Below are positions 29,439-43,122 of a DNA stretch of 64,000 bases, in pieces (position 1 is the stretch's first letter; each line of letters opens with the position of its first letter). A program made the position numbers and the translations under genes. Below the pieces are notes generated by a model, which saw nothing but the letters and a program-made list of their open reading frames with translations, did no database searches and had not been told where the DNA came from. This stretch comes from a virus. Where the stretch lies: IMG/VR virus record IMGVR_UViG_3300046170_000299; one strand, written 5' to 3'.

Positions 29439-32400
29439 ATGCCTCAAAAGACGAACCTTAATGTAAGTCCTTACTACGAAGACTTTGATGCGAACAAGAA
29501 TTTCTATAAGATTCTTTTCCGTCCAGGTTATTCAATCCAAGGCAGAGAATTAACGCAGGTTCAATCTATTCTACAGAATCAGGTTGAAAGTTTTGGCAAG
29601 TATGCCTTTAAACAAGGTGAACTTGTCATACCTGGCGAAGTAGGTCTTAATACAAAATTAGATTACGTAAAACTATCGTCTGTTTCTGAGGTTGCGGTCT
29701 CGGAAGGAGACGATATTGTTTATAAGAAATATGATATTTCACAACTAATTGGTCAACAACTAATTGGTTTAACTTCTGGTGTTAAAGCTACTATTCTCGC
29801 AACAACTTTAGCAACAGAATCTTCCGCTGATACATTATATGTAAATTACATTAATAGTGGTAGTTCCAACACAGAGGCAACCTTCCGCCAAGGTGAAACT
29901 CTAGAAGTTGTTGATGGTGTTAACACACCGCTTCTAGTTGTTGGTACAGATGGTAGTGTTCTACCAACTAGTATTCAAGTAACAAATCCAGATACTCAGG
30001 AGACTACTTCTTTAGAAAGTCCTGCAATGGGTTACGGTTCTGCTGTTAAAGTAGAAGAAGGTATTTACTTTGTCAATGGTTACTTCGTTCGTTGCAATCA
30101 AGAACTACTAGTCATTGATGAATATTACAATAAACCATCTGCAAAAATTGGTTTTACAATTAAAGAAGAGATTGTAACTCCTGAGGAAGATGCATCTCTA
30201 TATGATAATGCAATTGGTTCTTCTAACTATACTGCACCTGGCGCACATAGATTAAAAATCTCTTTACAGTTAAAAGAGTTTGCGCTAAATGCAATTACTG
30301 ATAAAAATTTCATTCAACTCCTCACTGTTTCTAGAGGACAAGTACAAAGCAAAGTTTCATCTACAGACTTTAGTGTTCTAGAGCAAACTCTAGCACGTAG
30401 AACATTTGATGAATCTGGTAATTATGTTGTTGACAACTTCTCTGTTGATATTAGAGAGTGGGCACAAAAAGATAAGAACAAAGGTTTCTATGCTGTAGAC
30501 GAATTTGGTCTATACAATGGATATGATGCTGGAACATCTGCTAGAAAGATGATTGCTAGTGTAGGTCCTGGTAAAGCATACATCAAGGGTTACGAGATTG
30601 TCAATAAAGAAACTAAGTATCTAGAAGTTAATAAAGCTAGAGAAAGTCTTTCTTCTGACAATGTAACTCTAAAATCTAGAGGTTTACCTTCTTACTGTAT
30701 TACGAACGTATATGGCAGTGTTCCTTTAAACAAAGAAGGATCTGAACTTACTGCATATCCTGATGTATTTTTATATTCATCATTTAATGATGGTTCTATT
30801 GGTCTTAATAATACAGAACTTACAACAGATCATAGACAAACAATCGATAGGAGAGGAAAATTCTTCTCTGCAGATGATGGTATTAAAACTATCACACTAC
30901 AAATTACAAATCCAACTACTCTTATTGGAGCTGTAACTGACGCAACTTTCCAAACTCAGTTTGGTGAATTATTTTATATCAAGACTAGAAGTGATGTAGG
31001 AACACCAACTGCTATTGGATCATTTAAAACTCTTTCGTTTGCTACTATAAACAAACCACTTATTAATGCGTCTGTATCTGTTCAGTTCTTAGAACTAACT
31101 GTATTTGGTCCTAAAAACGAATTAGAACAACTGCTAGTAGAATATGATCTTTCTGATAATGAAAATAAGAGAAATATTTATTTAACTGAAGGTGATGCTG
31201 CAGCAGATGGAACTGAATTTGGTTTTGTTGTAGATTACAGTAACACAATTACTCCTATCATTGGTAAGGTAAAACCAAATAATTTCTTCTTAAAAGAAAG
31301 AGGTTCAGGTTTTAATTCAGATTCTGATATTGTTCTTTCCAAAGGTCGTTTAGCTGCTGGAACTAATGCATACAATACAACGTTTGGAATTTCTTATTTC
31401 GACCCACAGTTCTTCACCAAGATTATTGTTGAGACAACTCCAGCTGGATATGATGAAGGTAAATATGTTTTTGGTGTAGATAGCGGAGCTTATGGTGTTG
31501 TAGAAGGAACACCTTCAGGTGTATACACTACAGGAACTATTCTGTTTGTAACAACATTATCTGGTAGATTTTTACCTGGCGAAACAATTAGAGATGAAGA
31601 TGGTAATACTGTAAGAATTGCCAGAGAAAATACTATCTCTCATTTTATTGTACAGAATAGAGGTTTAGGATACGCAGATGGCGTAACACTTTTAATTAAT
31701 GGATTGGAGTATGATAATTCCAAAGTTGAATTACTAAAGAGTATTGATGGAAAAATTTATAAAGCAGCGATTACTAATAGATCTGCTGTTAATGTAGAGT
31801 ATGCACAACCACCAGCTGTAACAGCTAAGAATCCAGATTCTGCTGGAGCTCCAAATTCAGCTGCTGCTATTGTTCCAGTTCTTTATAGAGATACAGTAAC
31901 TACATATACCCCACAGAATGTCAAGTCTCTTGGTTGTTCTTATGGTTCAGGAAATGCAAATAGTTTCTCTGCAGACGTTGCAATTGATAGTCAAAAGTAT
32001 TCAGAAATTAAAACTGTAACAAATTATACATTCTTTGGTACTCAGGGTTCTACTTTTGTTGAGTCCACTAGTTTCAGTGCTGATGCATCTACCGATGTAC
32101 AACAAGGAGATCTAATTCAATTCTCTGATGACGATAACAACCTAGTTCGTTCAATTGTACAATTTGCTACACAACAAGAGGGAGCATATAAATCTAGAAT
32201 TTATCTAGATACAGCTTTACCAGGTTCTGTTACTAATGCGAGTATTGTAAGGTTGCGTCCAAAGGTAGACAATTCTACAAGTGGCACACTTCTATATTCT
32301 ACTGGAAGCAAGCAAGTTTCTCAAATTTCTGCTGGTGGCGATGACACCAAGATCAAATACTTCTTCCGTAGAGATTTTGTAACTACTGCATCTTCTGGTG

Positions 32401-35400
32401 GTGGTATTATTACTTTTGCTGCACAGTTACCATTTGGAACACAAAGGTTTGCTGCATTCAGTGAAGAAAATTTAATTATTACTGTTATTGATCCTGGTGA
32501 TGCACCTGATATTGTTGAAGGTGATATTATCTTCTTAAAAGAAGATGACGTAGAGATTACTTCTTCTACTGATACATCGAGTGGTCTTACTTCTGGTAGT
32601 ATTAGTTTACAGCTACCAACAACATACTTTGGTACTATTCCTTCTAATGGAACATTCCCCAAACTTAAGTTAACTGCAACTTTAGAAGTATCTAATGCAA
32701 AACCAAGACTTAAGACTGTAGTTAGAAATAAGAGAATTACAGTTACATCTGCTGGTGATCGTGTTGTACCTTTAAGAGGAACAGACTATGATACAGAGGT
32801 TGTAGAAATCCTATCATACTCTGATGCATTTAAACTTAGATATGTTTATGAGGGAACTTCTTCTCAACCACCTCAGATTGATACTGCTGGTAATCTAATT
32901 TCTGGTACTGATGTTACATCAAGATATACATTTGATGATGGTCAGAGAGATACAATCTATGATGTTTCTCGTATTGTTCTAAAACCTGGTTTTGAAGAAA
33001 CAACTGGTCAACTTGTAATTGCGTTTGATTACTTTGAGCATTCACAAGGTGATTTCTGTACAATCGATAGCTATCTGCATGATGCGGGTGTTGCTGAAGA
33101 TGAAATTCCCTACCTTCAATTCATCTGTTCTTGGTATTACAGAACTTAAAAATGTTCTTGATTTTAGACCAAAAGTAGATACCACTGCTATTATTCCTGG
33201 TTTCCTTGATACTGCAATTTTAGAACGAACTCAAGGATCCTTTGCTGGTTCTGGTGCTATTATTGCAAGTAGTCCTGCTCCTGATTTAGGACTAGAGTTT
33301 ACGTTCTCCTTTAGTCAGAAACAATACTTAGATCGTATTGATGGTATTTTCTTAGATCAGAATGGAAACTTTATTGTCAAAGAAGGTAACTCTTCACTCA
33401 ACCCATCCAAACCAGATCCCATTGAGGATGCCGTACCTCTTTTCTATGCACATATTCCTGCATTTACAAAGACCAGTAAGGATGTAAGAATTACTCCAGT
33501 TGATAACCGTCGTTACACAATGCGTGACATCGGTAAGTTAGAGAAACGTATTGAACGTCTTGAGTATTATACTACACTTAGTATCTTAGAACAGCAAGCT
33601 CTTAACATGCAAGTTAAGGATGAGATTGGACTTGATAGATTTAAGTCTGGATTCTTTGTTGATAACTTTGAAGCACATAGAGTTGGTAATCTATCTTCTC
33701 TTGATTATAGATGTGCAGTAGACAGTCAGCAAAGTGTATTACGTCCACAAGCAAAAGAAGATTCTATTAATCTTGTAGAAGTTAATACTAGAGAAGATCA
33801 AAGAACTGTTTCTGGTTATAAGAAAATTGGTAATATGGTAACTCTACCATACTCTCCACTATCTTTATTAGGAAATAGTTTTGCTTCTGGAAAATTAAAT
33901 CCAAATCCATTTGTTGTTCTTCAATATGTTGGTGATAGTGATCTTTCTCCTGCTATTGATCAATGGTATGATCAAACAGAAGAACCTGTAGTTGTTGACA
34001 CAAACACAGATCTCTTTAATATTTTCCTAGCTAAAGTAAATGTAAAAGAAAGTTTCTCCAGTCTCTATAATTCTTTTGTGGTTAACTGGGTTGGAGCGTC
34101 TTCGACATTTACATCAATTAATTCTTTGGGTGGTGTTAATTCTCAAATTGCATCTACTTCTGTAACATCAGCATCGGTTGGTAGTTCTTCTAATATTAGT
34201 CCTCAAAATAATGAGGTAGGAAAAGGTGTACAGACTAAAACTGTTGGCGATAATATTGTTTCTACATCTTTAGCTTTCTATACTAGAAGTCTTCCTGTTA
34301 AATTTAAAGTTGGTAGAATGAAACCCAACACTAAGATCTATGTGTTCTTAGAAGGAAGAGATATCAGTCGCTGGGTCAATCCTGATTTGAGATATACTGG
34401 CATTGCTGGTAACTCACTATCTGCATTTAATGGAACAATTACTACAGATGAATATGGTAATGCATCTGGTTTGATTATTATTCCTGCTGGTAATCCTCCA
34501 ACACAAAATGCTACATGGACTGGAGATGTTGATACTGTATCTTATGATGGAGATGCAGAAGAATTAAACTTTACTACTGGTGAACTAACATTTAGATTCA
34601 CTTCCAGTGCAACTAACGAATCAAAACTTGGCGTAGATTCTTATACAGAAATTAAGTATTATGCTACTGGTATTTTACCAGAGAATCCTTCCAGCATTGT
34701 ATCTACAAAACCATCAGTCTTTAAATCTAATGAGGGTGTCCAGTTTATTGAAAGTAACACTGATAATCCTATTAGACCAAATCCACTAGCTCAAACATTT
34801 AAAATTGAAAATTTAGATGGTGGATGTTTCGTAACTGGTCTAGATTTATATTTCAATAAGAAGAGTACAAATATTCCTGTTAAAACTTATATCACAAATG
34901 TGGATGCAGAGAAACCTGCTAAGAATATTATTCCTGGTTCTGAAAAAACTCTATCTCCAAATACTTTCCTTAAGTGTTTTGCTAGTGGTAACATGTCAGT
35001 TCTAAGAGGAGAGAATGTAACTGGTACATCTTCTGCTGCTTCTGGTCCTATCCTCAAGATCTTTGATAAGAATAATGTAGAACTAGTAGCTACTGCATCT
35101 GGTAGATATAGTCTAACCAATGAGCAAGTTTATACTGTAGTTCTAGACAACCACAATGGAAAATCTTTCCGTCCTAATGAAGACTTAATTATTCCATCAG
35201 TAACTATTGCAAATGCAGCAAATGCAACAGATTTTGTTCTTGCTATTGCAAAAGATAGTGGTAAGTTATCTGACATTAGAGTTACAAATCCTGGTCTTAA
35301 CTATGACAGTGCAATTCTAACTATTGAGAGTCCACAATTACCTGGTGGTTCTACTGCTACCGCAAGAATTGAAGTATCAGGTGGTAAGATTTACAATACT

Positions 35401-37527
35401 GAGATTTCACTATCTGGTTTTGGATATACAGAAGCACCTTCTGTTGTTATCAAAGGTGTTGGTAATGGTGCTGGAGGATGTGAAATTCAGACATTCATCG
35501 AGATTGACACACCTGCAGTTAGAATGGGTGTAGCTACTGATCAAACAGGAGTAACTCAATCTACCACACCTACACACTTTGCATTTGATTATCCTGTATA
35601 TCTACAAAATAATACAGAGTATGCTCTTATTGTTGAAACAGATTCGATTGATTATGAACTATGGTCTTCCAAATTAGGGGAAACCGATATTGCTACAAGT
35701 ACGGTCATCACAACACAACCATCTCTAGGTTCGGTATACCGTTCCCAGAATACCGAAAGTTGGACTGAAGATATCTTTGAAGATCTCAAGTTTACTATGT
35801 ACCGTGCTGAGTTTAATATTAATAGACCAGCAGAACTTGTTGTTAAGAATTCAAGTCTTGGTTATGAACTTCTAGATGAAAATCCATTCGAGACAAATGC
35901 AAGTGCTAATACCAACTCCACTTCTAAGTTATTCAAGAATAATAATTCTATTGTCAAAGTAAATCATAGAGATCACAGTTTTGAAGATACTGGTGATTCT
36001 TATGTTTTCTATAGAACTGCATTAGAAACAGGTGGTATTACATCATCAATTTTAAATAGCACTCTATTCCAAGTGAGTAATTCTGGTATTGATTCATATA
36101 ATATCACTGCCAGTTCTCAAGCTGCTGGTAATTCCATTGGTGGTGGATCTGCAGTATATGCATCTACAAACAGAAAGTATGAAACTCTATACCCACAAGT
36201 TTCTTATCTATCATTTACTGGAACTACTTTATCATCAGAAGTTAAAACAACAGATGTTGTCCCTGTAGATTCTGCTACTACAAATTACACTTCATATTCA
36301 CAATCGGATTATGAAAAAACTTTCTTGAATGAACCACATTACTTCACTAATCAGAAGTTTATTGCGTCTAATATTAATGAAACTCTAAACAGTTTATCTG
36401 AATCACTTACATATAAGATGACTTTATCGTCTACTGTGTCTCATTTGAGTCCAATTATTGATCTTTCTAGTGCTACTGTAAAAACAGTATCAAATAGAAT
36501 TGAGAATGCAACTGGACAAGAAGATAGATTCGGTAGAAGAGATCAAGTTATTGAATTCTATCCAGTTTATCAATTTAATCTTGCGGGTAATGGTGGTACT
36601 GATCTACAAGCTGATCAGACAATTAAAGGAGTTACTACTAAAGCAGTAGGAACTATTGCTAGAGTTAATGGTCAGATTGTATATGTAAGAGTTAAGACAA
36701 GTCAATTCTTCCAGAAAGGAGAAACTGTAACTCTAGGAAATCAATTAGGTCTTAGTGCAGTTACAGTAGATTCAAATCCATCTCAAGTTCTAGCGACTAT
36801 TGCAGACGCTGCAACTATCGTAGCACGTAATCCATCTGTTATGTTAGAAACATATGATAATATTATCACTGGTAAAGCTACTATCTGGAATAGTCAGACG
36901 CAAAAGTTAACTTTAAGAGTTGATGTTAATCCTATTAATAATAACTTCACTGATAGAATTATTGATAGTGCTTTATATAATAGAAATGCTGTTGTTGGAG
37001 ATCAACTTGCAGATATCTTCCGTGTGGGAGACTTTGTTAAGTATCCTAATCAACCAGATGAAGAGAAGGCATATCTTGAGGTTGGTAAGGTAACTTATAC
37101 AAATGGTTTAGACTTTGTTGGTGAAGATACATCTAAGAATGGATCTGCTGCTGCTAAGTATATTACCAAAGAAGTTTCCATTACAAGTCCAGCTACTGCA
37201 ATTGATGTACATCTACTTGCAAACGTCAAAGATATTTCTAACTTAGAAGTATTCTATAAGTTTAAGAAAGCATCTAGTCAAGAAAACTTTGATGATATTG
37301 ATTGGATCTACTTTAATAAAAAAGGAGAACCAGACACATACGAAATTGCAACTAGTGAAAACACAATTTCTGGAATTGTAGAGAAGCAATCTGCATATCA
37401 AGATCTCAAATATACTGCATCAAATTTACCAGAATATTCATCATTTGCAATTAAAATTGTGATGAAAGGTGTGGATCCAGCATATGTACCTAAGATCCAA
37501 GACATTCGTGCAGTTGCCGCATTCTAA
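29439..37527 (+). CDS. large virion structural protein (VrlC-like / DUF4815), one +1 insertion at about 33110
   Basis: MPQKTNLNVSPYYEDFD..KNFYKILFRPG..IQ.RELTQ.QSILQNQ N-terminus; GLDRFKSGFFVDNF; ORFs 29439 and 33019 join at EIPTFNSSVLG. Confidence 0.85.
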
Positions 37528-37536
37528 TTTCCGCAT

Positions 37537-37743
37537 ATGGACTTTGTAAAAGTTGATGGACATGATGGTCTCGTAAGAGACCAAAACACTGGTGCCATCT
37601 TGAATTTGGACGATTCTGCTATAGCTGCAAGAAGGAAATCTATGCAGTTAAGTTCCGCATTGGACGACATAAATACATTGAAGAATGAAGTCTCTGAACT
37701 CAAATCACTACTGCACGGATTAATAAAAAATGCCAGCAATTAA
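37537..37743 (+). CDS. small conserved coiled-coil protein
   Basis: VKVDGHDGLVRD..TGAILN…DDINTLKNEVSELK. Confidence 0.75.
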   Translation: MDFVKVDGHDGLVRDQNTGAILNLDDSAIAARRKSMQLSSALDDINTLKNEVSELKSLLHGLIKNASN

Positions 37744-40700
37744 CGTAGCTAAGACTGATACCTTTGAGTCTCAAAGGCAAAAAATCAATCAACTTAGCAC
37801 AGCTCTTTTCAACGTCACATCTGGTGGTAGTGATCTATCAACAGGTAACTTACAACTAGGAGACGGTCTAGTTGGCGATCCTTCACTTAAGTTTAGTTCA
37901 GATACACAATTAGGTATCTACAAAGCTGGTGTAAAGACTCTAGGGTTTGTCAATAGTGGTAAGAAAATTATTGACTATAAGTTATCAGAACTTACAGCAT
38001 ATCAAGATTTTAATATCCAGCAAAGAAAACTAGCACAATCTCTAGTTACTTTAGTTAGTGGTGGTAGTGGATATGATACTGGTACATATACAGCAATTCC
38101 TTTAATTGGCGGTACAGGACAAAACGCTACTGCAGATATTGAAGTCTTATCATTTGATGGTTCAATTACCAATGCTGGTACTGGTTATATCAGTGGAAGC
38201 TATCTAACAATTCCTTTACAGGGTGGTAATGGAACTGGAGCAACTGCTAGTTTTACTATTACTGCTCTAGAGGGAACCACTACTCAGGCAGGAGCTGCAT
38301 ACTTTCCAGGAACTTATACTTCAGTACCTCTTACTGGTGGAAATGGTAGTGGCGCACAAGCAGATATCGTAATTGATGGTACGTCAACACCTGCTGGAAC
38401 GATCACTGCTGCTGGTACTGGATATACTGACGGTGTATATTCACAAAACTCTTTCTTCAACGAACCAGTTCAAACATTTGTTGTTATTTCTGTAGCTAAC
38501 CCTAACGCTGGTAATGCAGGAGAACCAAACTTCATCTATAACATTGATGGTGTAGATCAACCTCAATTAACATTAGATATTGGTAACACATATAGATTTG
38601 ATCTTTCTGATTCATCTATTCAAGGTGCTAATCCAGGACAAGCAGGAAGCGATCATAGAATGACCTTCCAACTTGCTAATGGACAGTCTATTGACTTCCA
38701 AGACAAGTTTGAATTCTTTACTGCTGGCATCCATGGAAATGCTGGATGCTTTACTGATGTTGTAATGAAACCTGATTGCAATACAGGTTCTCAAATTGTT
38801 CGTTATGACTGTGCAAACCATCCAGGAATGGGTCCTACAGGTGGTAATATCACCCTACAAGACACATCAACATACACTTACTATGGATGGCAAGGTTTTG
38901 CTGATGTCACCGTCTCTGGAGGCGTAGTCACTGATATTACTTGGACAAATCCAGGTGTAACTTATAAGGTTGGAGACAGACTACAAGCTCCATTCGTTAA
39001 CATTGGTGGAACAGGATCTGGTTTCTTATACACAATCAATAGTGTAACTAATACAGGTGTTGTTGATAGTGTAACAATTACAATTGACGGAACTGGATAT
39101 CAAGTTGGTGACGTACTTAGCGTAGCTGATTCTACCGTAGGAAATGGTGGTGGTGCTGGATTCCAATTTACAGTTTCTAATGTTCCTGGTGATCTTACCA
39201 ATTTCGTTCTTAATGAAAGAGGATCTGGATACCAAGTCGGTGATGTACTAAGACTACCTGCACAAATTTCAAATCAATCTGTATATCTACCTGGCGAATC
39301 GCCATCATTCTCTACAACTCTAAGCACAGGTAGTGCTCAGGTTACTATCTCAGACACATCTAGTCTTGTAGTAGGTCTAAACGTACAGCAGGGTGCTGGT
39401 GATGGTCCTGGTTCTTTAGATCAGGGAACTACTATTACATCTATTGATAGTGGAACACAATTAACACTATCGGCAAATCCACTCGTATCTGGTGCAGCGA
39501 ATCTAATATTCTCTACTGCAAATCCAAACGAACTTACTCTTGCAGATACAACAGGACTTTCTATTGGATATCTAATAGAAAAAGTATCTGGTACAGGTGT
39601 ACTAACAGCAAATACGACGATTGCTAACGTTGACAGTGCTACAACTGTCACACTATCTGATGCTCCAACTGCACTAGGACCTACTGTTGTTAATTTTCTT
39701 CCCGCATTTGGTGATCCAGCGGACGATTTTAGTTACACAATTGATACTCTTGGTGAAGTAGGAAGTTTCACTTTAATAGATGTAGGTAACGGTTACTCAC
39801 CTGACGATGAGTTTACAGTAAATGCTGGTGATCTAACTCAACCTATCGCATATCCAGTAACTGTTAAAGACGTTCAGAAGATTTCTCCAATTCAAACTAT
39901 TGCTGGTACTGCTATTACAAGTAGTGATACACTAGAAGAGTTAGCTGGAGATATCACTAATGTCTCGTTTACTGGTGGTGATGTTACACCAACTACAACT
40001 GGTCCTCTTGCTTGTAGTTGTGTTCAAGGACAGTTTACTGCAACTCTTGCAGACACAACTGGCATTAGTGTTGGAGATCTAGTTTCAGAAGACGCAAGTG
40101 GTAATATTGGAGTTGATGTTACTGTCGCATCTGTTGATAGTGCAACTCAGGTAACATTATCTGCAGGATTCTTAAGCACCGCAAGCATTAACCTAACATT
40201 TACATCAGACGAATCAGGATCATTTACTGGTGTTGCATCTACAACTGCTGGTGGTGGTAGTGGTGCTACATTTGATGTAGAGAGAAGCACCAGTGGTTTA
40301 ATTATTGGTGTAACTCTCAATGCTGCTGGTCTTGGATATTCTGATAGTGACACCTTAACAATTGCTGGTAACTTGATTGGTGGAGCTACACCTGCAAATG
40401 ATATCACAGTTACTGCAGATACAGTAAATGCTGCTACAGCAGTTACTATTCTGGATATTGTTTTAGATGGTAATGGAAATATTTCTACAATTTTACTTGA
40501 AGTAGATCAAGCATCTTTATTCACTGCTGGAAATACATTTATTAAAACTGGTGTTTCTGGAACACAATACACAGTTGATTTTGCATCGACTCTCCAATAC
40601 AGATTCTTAATTGACGTTGGATCTGGACCACAAATTACTCCAGCATGGACAATTTATGTTGGTAACACATATAGATTTGACTTAAGTGATAATAGCGTAT

Positions 40701-43120
40701 CTGGTCACCAGTTTGCTCTTAGTGAATTCAGAGACGGACCATACGCTCCAAGTTTAGTAGAGAATGTTAGCACAACATTTGATGTAGCTAGTTTTACTCT
40801 AACTGTAGCATCTACTACAGGTATTCAAGTTGGAATGCTTGTTTCAACTGTTAGTGGTGATGGTGTATTAGCATCCGATACAAGAGTTGTTTCTGTTGAT
40901 AGTGCTACTCAAGTGACTATCAGTCTTCTCCCAACTACAGCAGGTGCTGCAGTTGTCAATTTCTCTGGTGTTGAATATACCGATGGTGTAGAAAGAGGTA
41001 ATGACTATCTTGACTTAACTGTTACTTCCGCAACTCCAAATCTTTATTATTTCTGTGACTCTGGTGTTGGTCATGAAGATGAAGGTGGTGAAGATAACCA
41101 AGAAGCATTAATCACTATTGATCCCAACAACCCCAAAGTATTTGGTAGTGGATTTCTTCTAAGAGCTTCTGATATTTCTTCCATCAATATTGTAACAATG
41201 GAAGTCCTCACTGGTGAGGTAACTGTTGCTGATATCAAAGCTACTGAAGGTACTATTGACACCCTCACTGCTCCTGATCTTTCTTCTACTACTGTTGCAG
41301 CAACCACTAGCGTTACAACTCCATTACTTACCTCGGGTGCTGCTCTTACTTTAACAGGAACTTCTGTAGAGTCTACTGCAGACTTTACGGTTGGTGGATT
41401 GACTGTTACTCAGGCAGATGGTAACGTTGTTACTTCTGGTGAACTTAAGACTACAGATAAAATTAACGTTAATGACAAGATAACTATTGAGAATAATATT
41501 ATTTCTACTGATGCTGGTAGTGACCTAATTTTAACCGCACCTACTGGTAAGGTCACCAAGGTTACTGGTTTTGGTTCTATCAACATTCCTGCTGGTACAT
41601 CTGCACAACGTCCTGGTGCTAGTGCTGCAGAGAATGGATCTATCAGATATAACACAGATAGTAATCAATATGAAGGTTATAGTGCTTCTTCCTCTTCTTG
41701 GTCTTCACTTGGTGGTATTAGAGACCTAGATGGTAATACTTACATTACTGCAGAACTTTCAATTGGTTCTAATGATAACACACTTTGGTTCTATAATGAC
41801 GGAGCTAATACTGTTAAGTTTACTCCCAATGCATTAGAGTTTAGAACTAATAAGACTATCAAGTCTGCAAATACATCTGCTCCAGCATTTACGGACTGGA
41901 TTGCTAATGCACCTGTACTAGTTGGTGCATACCTGAAACATAAAAATAATTTGTATGAGGTTACAGTAGCAGGTAACACTGCTACAAGTGGTAATGAACC
42001 TACACATACAAGTGGTGCTGTAACTAATGGTAGTTGCACATTAACTTTCTGGGGTCTTGCAGTTGGTCCTCTAACATTTGTTGACGTTGAAGAAATTAGA
42101 TTAGATCCATTAGGTTCTTCTCCTTTGGTAATTAATGGAGATTTAAGACTTAGAGATAACATTATCTCTACAGATCTTAATGATATTATTTTACAACCAA
42201 ACTCTGGTAAAAAAATTGTATGTAATACAAATACAAGTTTAGCAATTCCATCTGGTACAGATGCAGACAGAGGTTCAGTAATTCAAGGTGGTATCAGATT
42301 TAATACAACTGCTAGTCAGTTTGAAGGTTATGACGGAACTAACTGGGGTTCTCTTGGTGGCGTCAAAGACGTTGACCAAAATACTTACATCATTCCAGAA
42401 ACTGCACCTGGCGCAAACGAGAACATCTTGTATTTCTACAATGATGGAACCAACACGATGCGTCTTACTGCATCTGCACTTGAATTCTACTCTGTAGATA
42501 CTATCATCTCCAGCACATCTGGTGAGTTTGAAATTACAGCAAGCTTGATGACATTTGATAATGCTGAAACAACTCTTGATAATACTCAAACAGATAGAAC
42601 ATTCTTACATACCAGTAAGCAATATTTTGACTTAGGTCTTTCAGGTGGTTTATCAGTTGACCCAGTTCTTAGACTTGACAATCAAGGTGATGTTTATTTC
42701 AATACCTCATTTGGTACAGGTAACTTTACTGGAGTCAAAGTTTTTGATGGAGATCTCAAAGAGTTTGAACTTGCAGACACTAAGATCTTGACAGAAAAAG
42801 TAACTCTAACAAAAGGTTCTGCAAACTCCAGTGGATCTGATATCTACGATGCTCAAGCAGCGGTAGGAGCTAAGACAGTTGTAGTTGCTGAGAACTTAAA
42901 TAATAATGATAGAGAATTCTTTGAGTTTGGTATTATAGATAATGGAACAGACATCTTCCATACAGAGTATGGTAATGTCAGAACAGGACAACAACTAATT
43001 GTCCCTACTTTTGAAAGAACATCTGGCAACTTTGCTAGAATCAATTTTACAGTTGGATCAGACCTCACCACTGGTCATCAAATCGAGATCACTATCGTAT
43101 CTACTATTACTAAGAAATAA
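37730..43120 (+). CDS. large fibre-like virion protein (1796 aa) with repeated beta domains and cupredoxin-like domains
   Basis: INVAKTDTFESQRQKIN N-terminus, GxGY repeats, duplicated G.IRYN…EGY…W.SLGG.D.D.NTYI module. Confidence 0.8.
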   Translation: MPAINVAKTDTFESQRQKINQLSTALFNVTSGGSDLSTGNLQLGDGLVGDPSLKFSSDTQLGIYKAGVKTLGFVNSGKKIIDYKLSELTAYQDFNIQQRKLAQSLVTLVSGGSGYDTGTYTAIPLIGGTGQNATADIEVLSFDGSITNAGTGYISGSYLTIPLQGGNGTGATASFTITALEGTTTQAGAAYFPGTYTSVPLTGGNGSGAQADIVIDGTSTPAGTITAAGTGYTDGVYSQNSFFNEPVQTFVVISVANPNAGNAGEPNFIYNIDGVDQPQLTLDIGNTYRFDLSDSSIQGANPGQAGSDHRMTFQLANGQSIDFQDKFEFFTAGIHGNAGCFTDVVMKPDCNTGSQIVRYDCANHPGMGPTGGNITLQDTSTYTYYGWQGFADVTVSGGVVTDITWTNPGVTYKVGDRLQAPFVNIGGTGSGFLYTINSVTNTGVVDSVTITIDGTGYQVGDVLSVADSTVGNGGGAGFQFTVSNVPGDLTNFVLNERGSGYQVGDVLRLPAQISNQSVYLPGESPSFSTTLSTGSAQVTISDTSSLVVGLNVQQGAGDGPGSLDQGTTITSIDSGTQLTLSANPLVSGAANLIFSTANPNELTLADTTGLSIGYLIEKVSGTGVLTANTTIANVDSATTVTLSDAPTALGPTVVNFLPAFGDPADDFSYTIDTLGEVGSFTLIDVGNGYSPDDEFTVNAGDLTQPIAYPVTVKDVQKISPIQTIAGTAITSSDTLEELAGDITNVSFTGGDVTPTTTGPLACSCVQGQFTATLADTTGISVGDLVSEDASGNIGVDVTVASVDSATQVTLSAGFLSTASINLTFTSDESGSFTGVASTTAGGGSGATFDVERSTSGLIIGVTLNAAGLGYSDSDTLTIAGNLIGGATPANDITVTADTVNAATAVTILDIVLDGNGNISTILLEVDQASLFTAGNTFIKTGVSGTQYTVDFASTLQYRFLIDVGSGPQITPAWTIYVGNTYRFDLSDNSVSGHQFALSEFRDGPYAPSLVENVSTTFDVASFTLTVASTTGIQVGMLVSTVSGDGVLASDTRVVSVDSATQVTISLLPTTAGAAVVNFSGVEYTDGVERGNDYLDLTVTSATPNLYYFCDSGVGHEDEGGEDNQEALITIDPNNPKVFGSGFLLRASDISSINIVTMEVLTGEVTVADIKATEGTIDTLTAPDLSSTTVAATTSVTTPLLTSGAALTLTGTSVESTADFTVGGLTVTQADGNVVTSGELKTTDKINVNDKITIENNIISTDAGSDLILTAPTGKVTKVTGFGSINIPAGTSAQRPGASAAENGSIRYNTDSNQYEGYSASSSSWSSLGGIRDLDGNTYITAELSIGSNDNTLWFYNDGANTVKFTPNALEFRTNKTIKSANTSAPAFTDWIANAPVLVGAYLKHKNNLYEVTVAGNTATSGNEPTHTSGAVTNGSCTLTFWGLAVGPLTFVDVEEIRLDPLGSSPLVINGDLRLRDNIISTDLNDIILQPNSGKKIVCNTNTSLAIPSGTDADRGSVIQGGIRFNTTASQFEGYDGTNWGSLGGVKDVDQNTYIIPETAPGANENILYFYNDGTNTMRLTASALEFYSVDTIISSTSGEFEITASLMTFDNAETTLDNTQTDRTFLHTSKQYFDLGLSGGLSVDPVLRLDNQGDVYFNTSFGTGNFTGVKVFDGDLKEFELADTKILTEKVTLTKGSANSSGSDIYDAQAAVGAKTVVVAENLNNNDREFFEFGIIDNGTDIFHTEYGNVRTGQQLIVPTFERTSGNFARINFTVGSDLTTGHQIEITIVSTITKK

Positions 43121-43122
43121 AA

